Assembly (NCBI RefSeq): GCF_009834535.1
Contig: NC_045696.1
Span: 75,642,001 to 75,706,000 of the forward strand
Reading direction: 5' to 3'
Length of the DNA stretch: 64,000 nucleotides
Source of the DNA: Camelus ferus
Lineage: Eukaryota
Shown: positions 62,126-64,000 of the stretch, piece after piece
Position numbering within the stretch: position 1 is the first letter of the stretch
Layout: each line of letters starts with the position of its first letter
Program-made: the position numbers and the translations under genes
The notes under the pieces: generated by a model
What the model was told of the DNA's origin: nothing
Database searches by the model: none
Seen by the model: only the letters and a program-made list of their open reading frames with translations

Positions 62126-64000
62126 CTCAAGAGCAACGTTATAGAGGATGTGAATTTCTATTTGGGAAGGAGAAAATACTAGAGACAGTAATAATGTAAA
62201 ATGGTAAAAACACAAGTAGTTTCTTTTCAATTACATGTTGCTTCCAGACGTGTTTCTCTGCAACTTGTTGAGCAACATTTTAAGAGGCTGGACTTCTGCA
62301 ATAGATGGCACTGATGGTTTTACTCCCTTTTTTTTTTTTTTTTTTTTAAATTCTTTACAGTTTTATTATAAACCAAGAATTTTGGACTTGCAAAGAGGTA
62401 TTATTGTGATAACGCACTTTTCATACCTGAAATTTATTTGTATGATATAAAATTATTACTTTAAACAAAATGTAAGTTAGGGGGAATTTGTTTATAAAAT
62501 CTGGGTAATTTATAACAAAAGAATTTCCTAACATTTGCTAAAAATTCATTTTGTGTTCTACATATTTAAAAATAATTTTACAGTTCAGTTTTATGATGGA
62601 GCCTCTTACATAAACATTAACAAAGGCAGGGATCTGCCACATTTCTTTTTTAGTATAATTCAATAGCTTAATTACCTTTATTTTTTTAAACTTCTTGATC
62701 CCTTATTAATAATCTTTAGATAATGACATTAGCCAACTATCCTTACTTTAACATGATCCAAGGATTGCTTCCTTTCCTATTACCTTCCTAATTTTATTCT
62801 ACAGTAAAAAAGTTTAATGAAAAAAGGAAGGTATTTTGCTTTATAATACCAGATGCTCAAAAACAAGGAGTTTTAAACTTTCAAGTGACTTTCCTTTAAC
62901 ATTCTTAAAAGCCACATGTTGTGTTTGTTCATTTCAGAGTTATGTAGACTGTTTTTTCTTTGTCCAAAATGGTTCTAAGTAGTAAATATAATAAGCCAAT
63001 GTAATACTATTTTTTCTAAACCAAGCCCCCCCCAAAGTGCCTTGCCTCATTAGAAAAAATTTTAAAAAAAATCCTCATGACCTCTAAATTAGTATGTAGA
63101 ACAGTGAAAAGTTTTGAACGTTTCCCTGCAATTTCTGTTTTGTTTTTTTTTTTAAATCATAAATTAGCTCAAACTGAAAGTCTTTAAGGCTTGAAGAAAC
63201 CTTGGTAAAACTATTTGGAATATTGGAATATGGAACATTTACTCCATTTTATATTGTCTTAATGATTCTGTGAGTTTGTTCTGACTTAGAAGCTTTTCTT
63301 TGAGGTTGCAGTTATTGGAGAAAGTGATTGTGGAAGAGTTTGTTGTATTATAAATTAGTATTGTAATCAATACAATGTAATCTTTACATTGAGTTAATCC
63401 AAATTTCCCCGCATAATTTACATTAGAGTCATTTTATGGATCCTAGGTTCTCCATGTTTTTATTTATACATATAAAAATTGTTCTAAGAAAAACTTCTGC
63501 TATTTTAAGAATGATGTTGGGGAGGAGAGGAGTGTTTTTAACATTTTATATGTGATGACTTAGGGTAGCACAAACAAAACTCCTTTGTATCTCACTTTTC
63601 TCAGTCCTCTCTCTGGAGGTGCTCTACTGATGGAAATGTTTTCCATACATTCCCTTAGTACCAACAGGTACTATGCAAGGTAACCTACTACAAGTTACCT
63701 ACTTTGCTTTCCTCCCTGAGATGTAACAACACAGTGTAAGCTTTTTTTATCCAGCATAGCAGGAGAGTGGAAGTGAATCAAAATTGCTTTGTTAATTAAT
63801 TGTTAATTCCTTTTGACCCAGGTGGTATTCCTTTTCTGATTTCCCTTCCCTTCTCCTGTTTTTACCACCCTGACAACAGCATATTGTTAATCCCATGTGG
63901 TCTCATGCTCTGTTGTGTGACCAGGTCACTGGGTGTGGTGGTCTAGTATAGTTAAGATTTGCATTGAGTGCTGTGAAATTCCAGTTGGTAAAGTGCCAGA

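Larger units (their letters stand above)
61116..64000 (+). pseudogene. STYX: Whole STYX retrocopy: GC-rich 5' leader, CDS and long AT-rich 3' UTR, apparently running past the window end
   Basis: Abrupt switch from AT-rich to CpG-rich sequence at about 61116, just after TTTT/AAGAAATTACTAATAC (L1 endonuclease-like site). Repeat-free UTR-like sequence follows the stop codon. No poly(A) tail with a second TSD copy is seen in the window, so the 3' extent is inferred. Confidence 0.75.

Noticed and set aside
1..64000. CRISPR array, operon or prokaryotic defence system
   Set aside because: The sequence is mammalian, has no regularly spaced repeats and no long ORFs. The ORF track holds only short repeat-derived or chance ORFs.

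Overview
Mammalian non-coding DNA, AT-rich and dense in repeats. It is very probably from a camelid, because it carries copies of a tRNA-Ala(AGC)-derived SINE that matches the Tylopoda Vic-1 type. I recognise no intact protein-coding gene, tRNA, rRNA or CRISPR array. The only clear gene-derived sequence is an intronless, disabled retrocopy of the pseudophosphatase STYX, from about 61116 to past the window end, which keeps a CpG-dense 5' leader. The rest is L1, L2, MIR, hAT and Tigger DNA-transposon fossils, solo LTRs and microsatellites. These include a near full-length Tigger2f-like element with a decayed transposase and a young ERV1 solo LTR with a perfect 4-bp target-site duplication (TSD). 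The most unusual observation is two separate SINE/L1-3'-end composites, each enclosed by one TSD. In one of them the SINE part ends in the tRNA anticodon loop. Repeat subfamily names come from my recall of consensus sequences, and boundaries of old repeats are approximate. Candidate exons and regulatory motifs are unverified.
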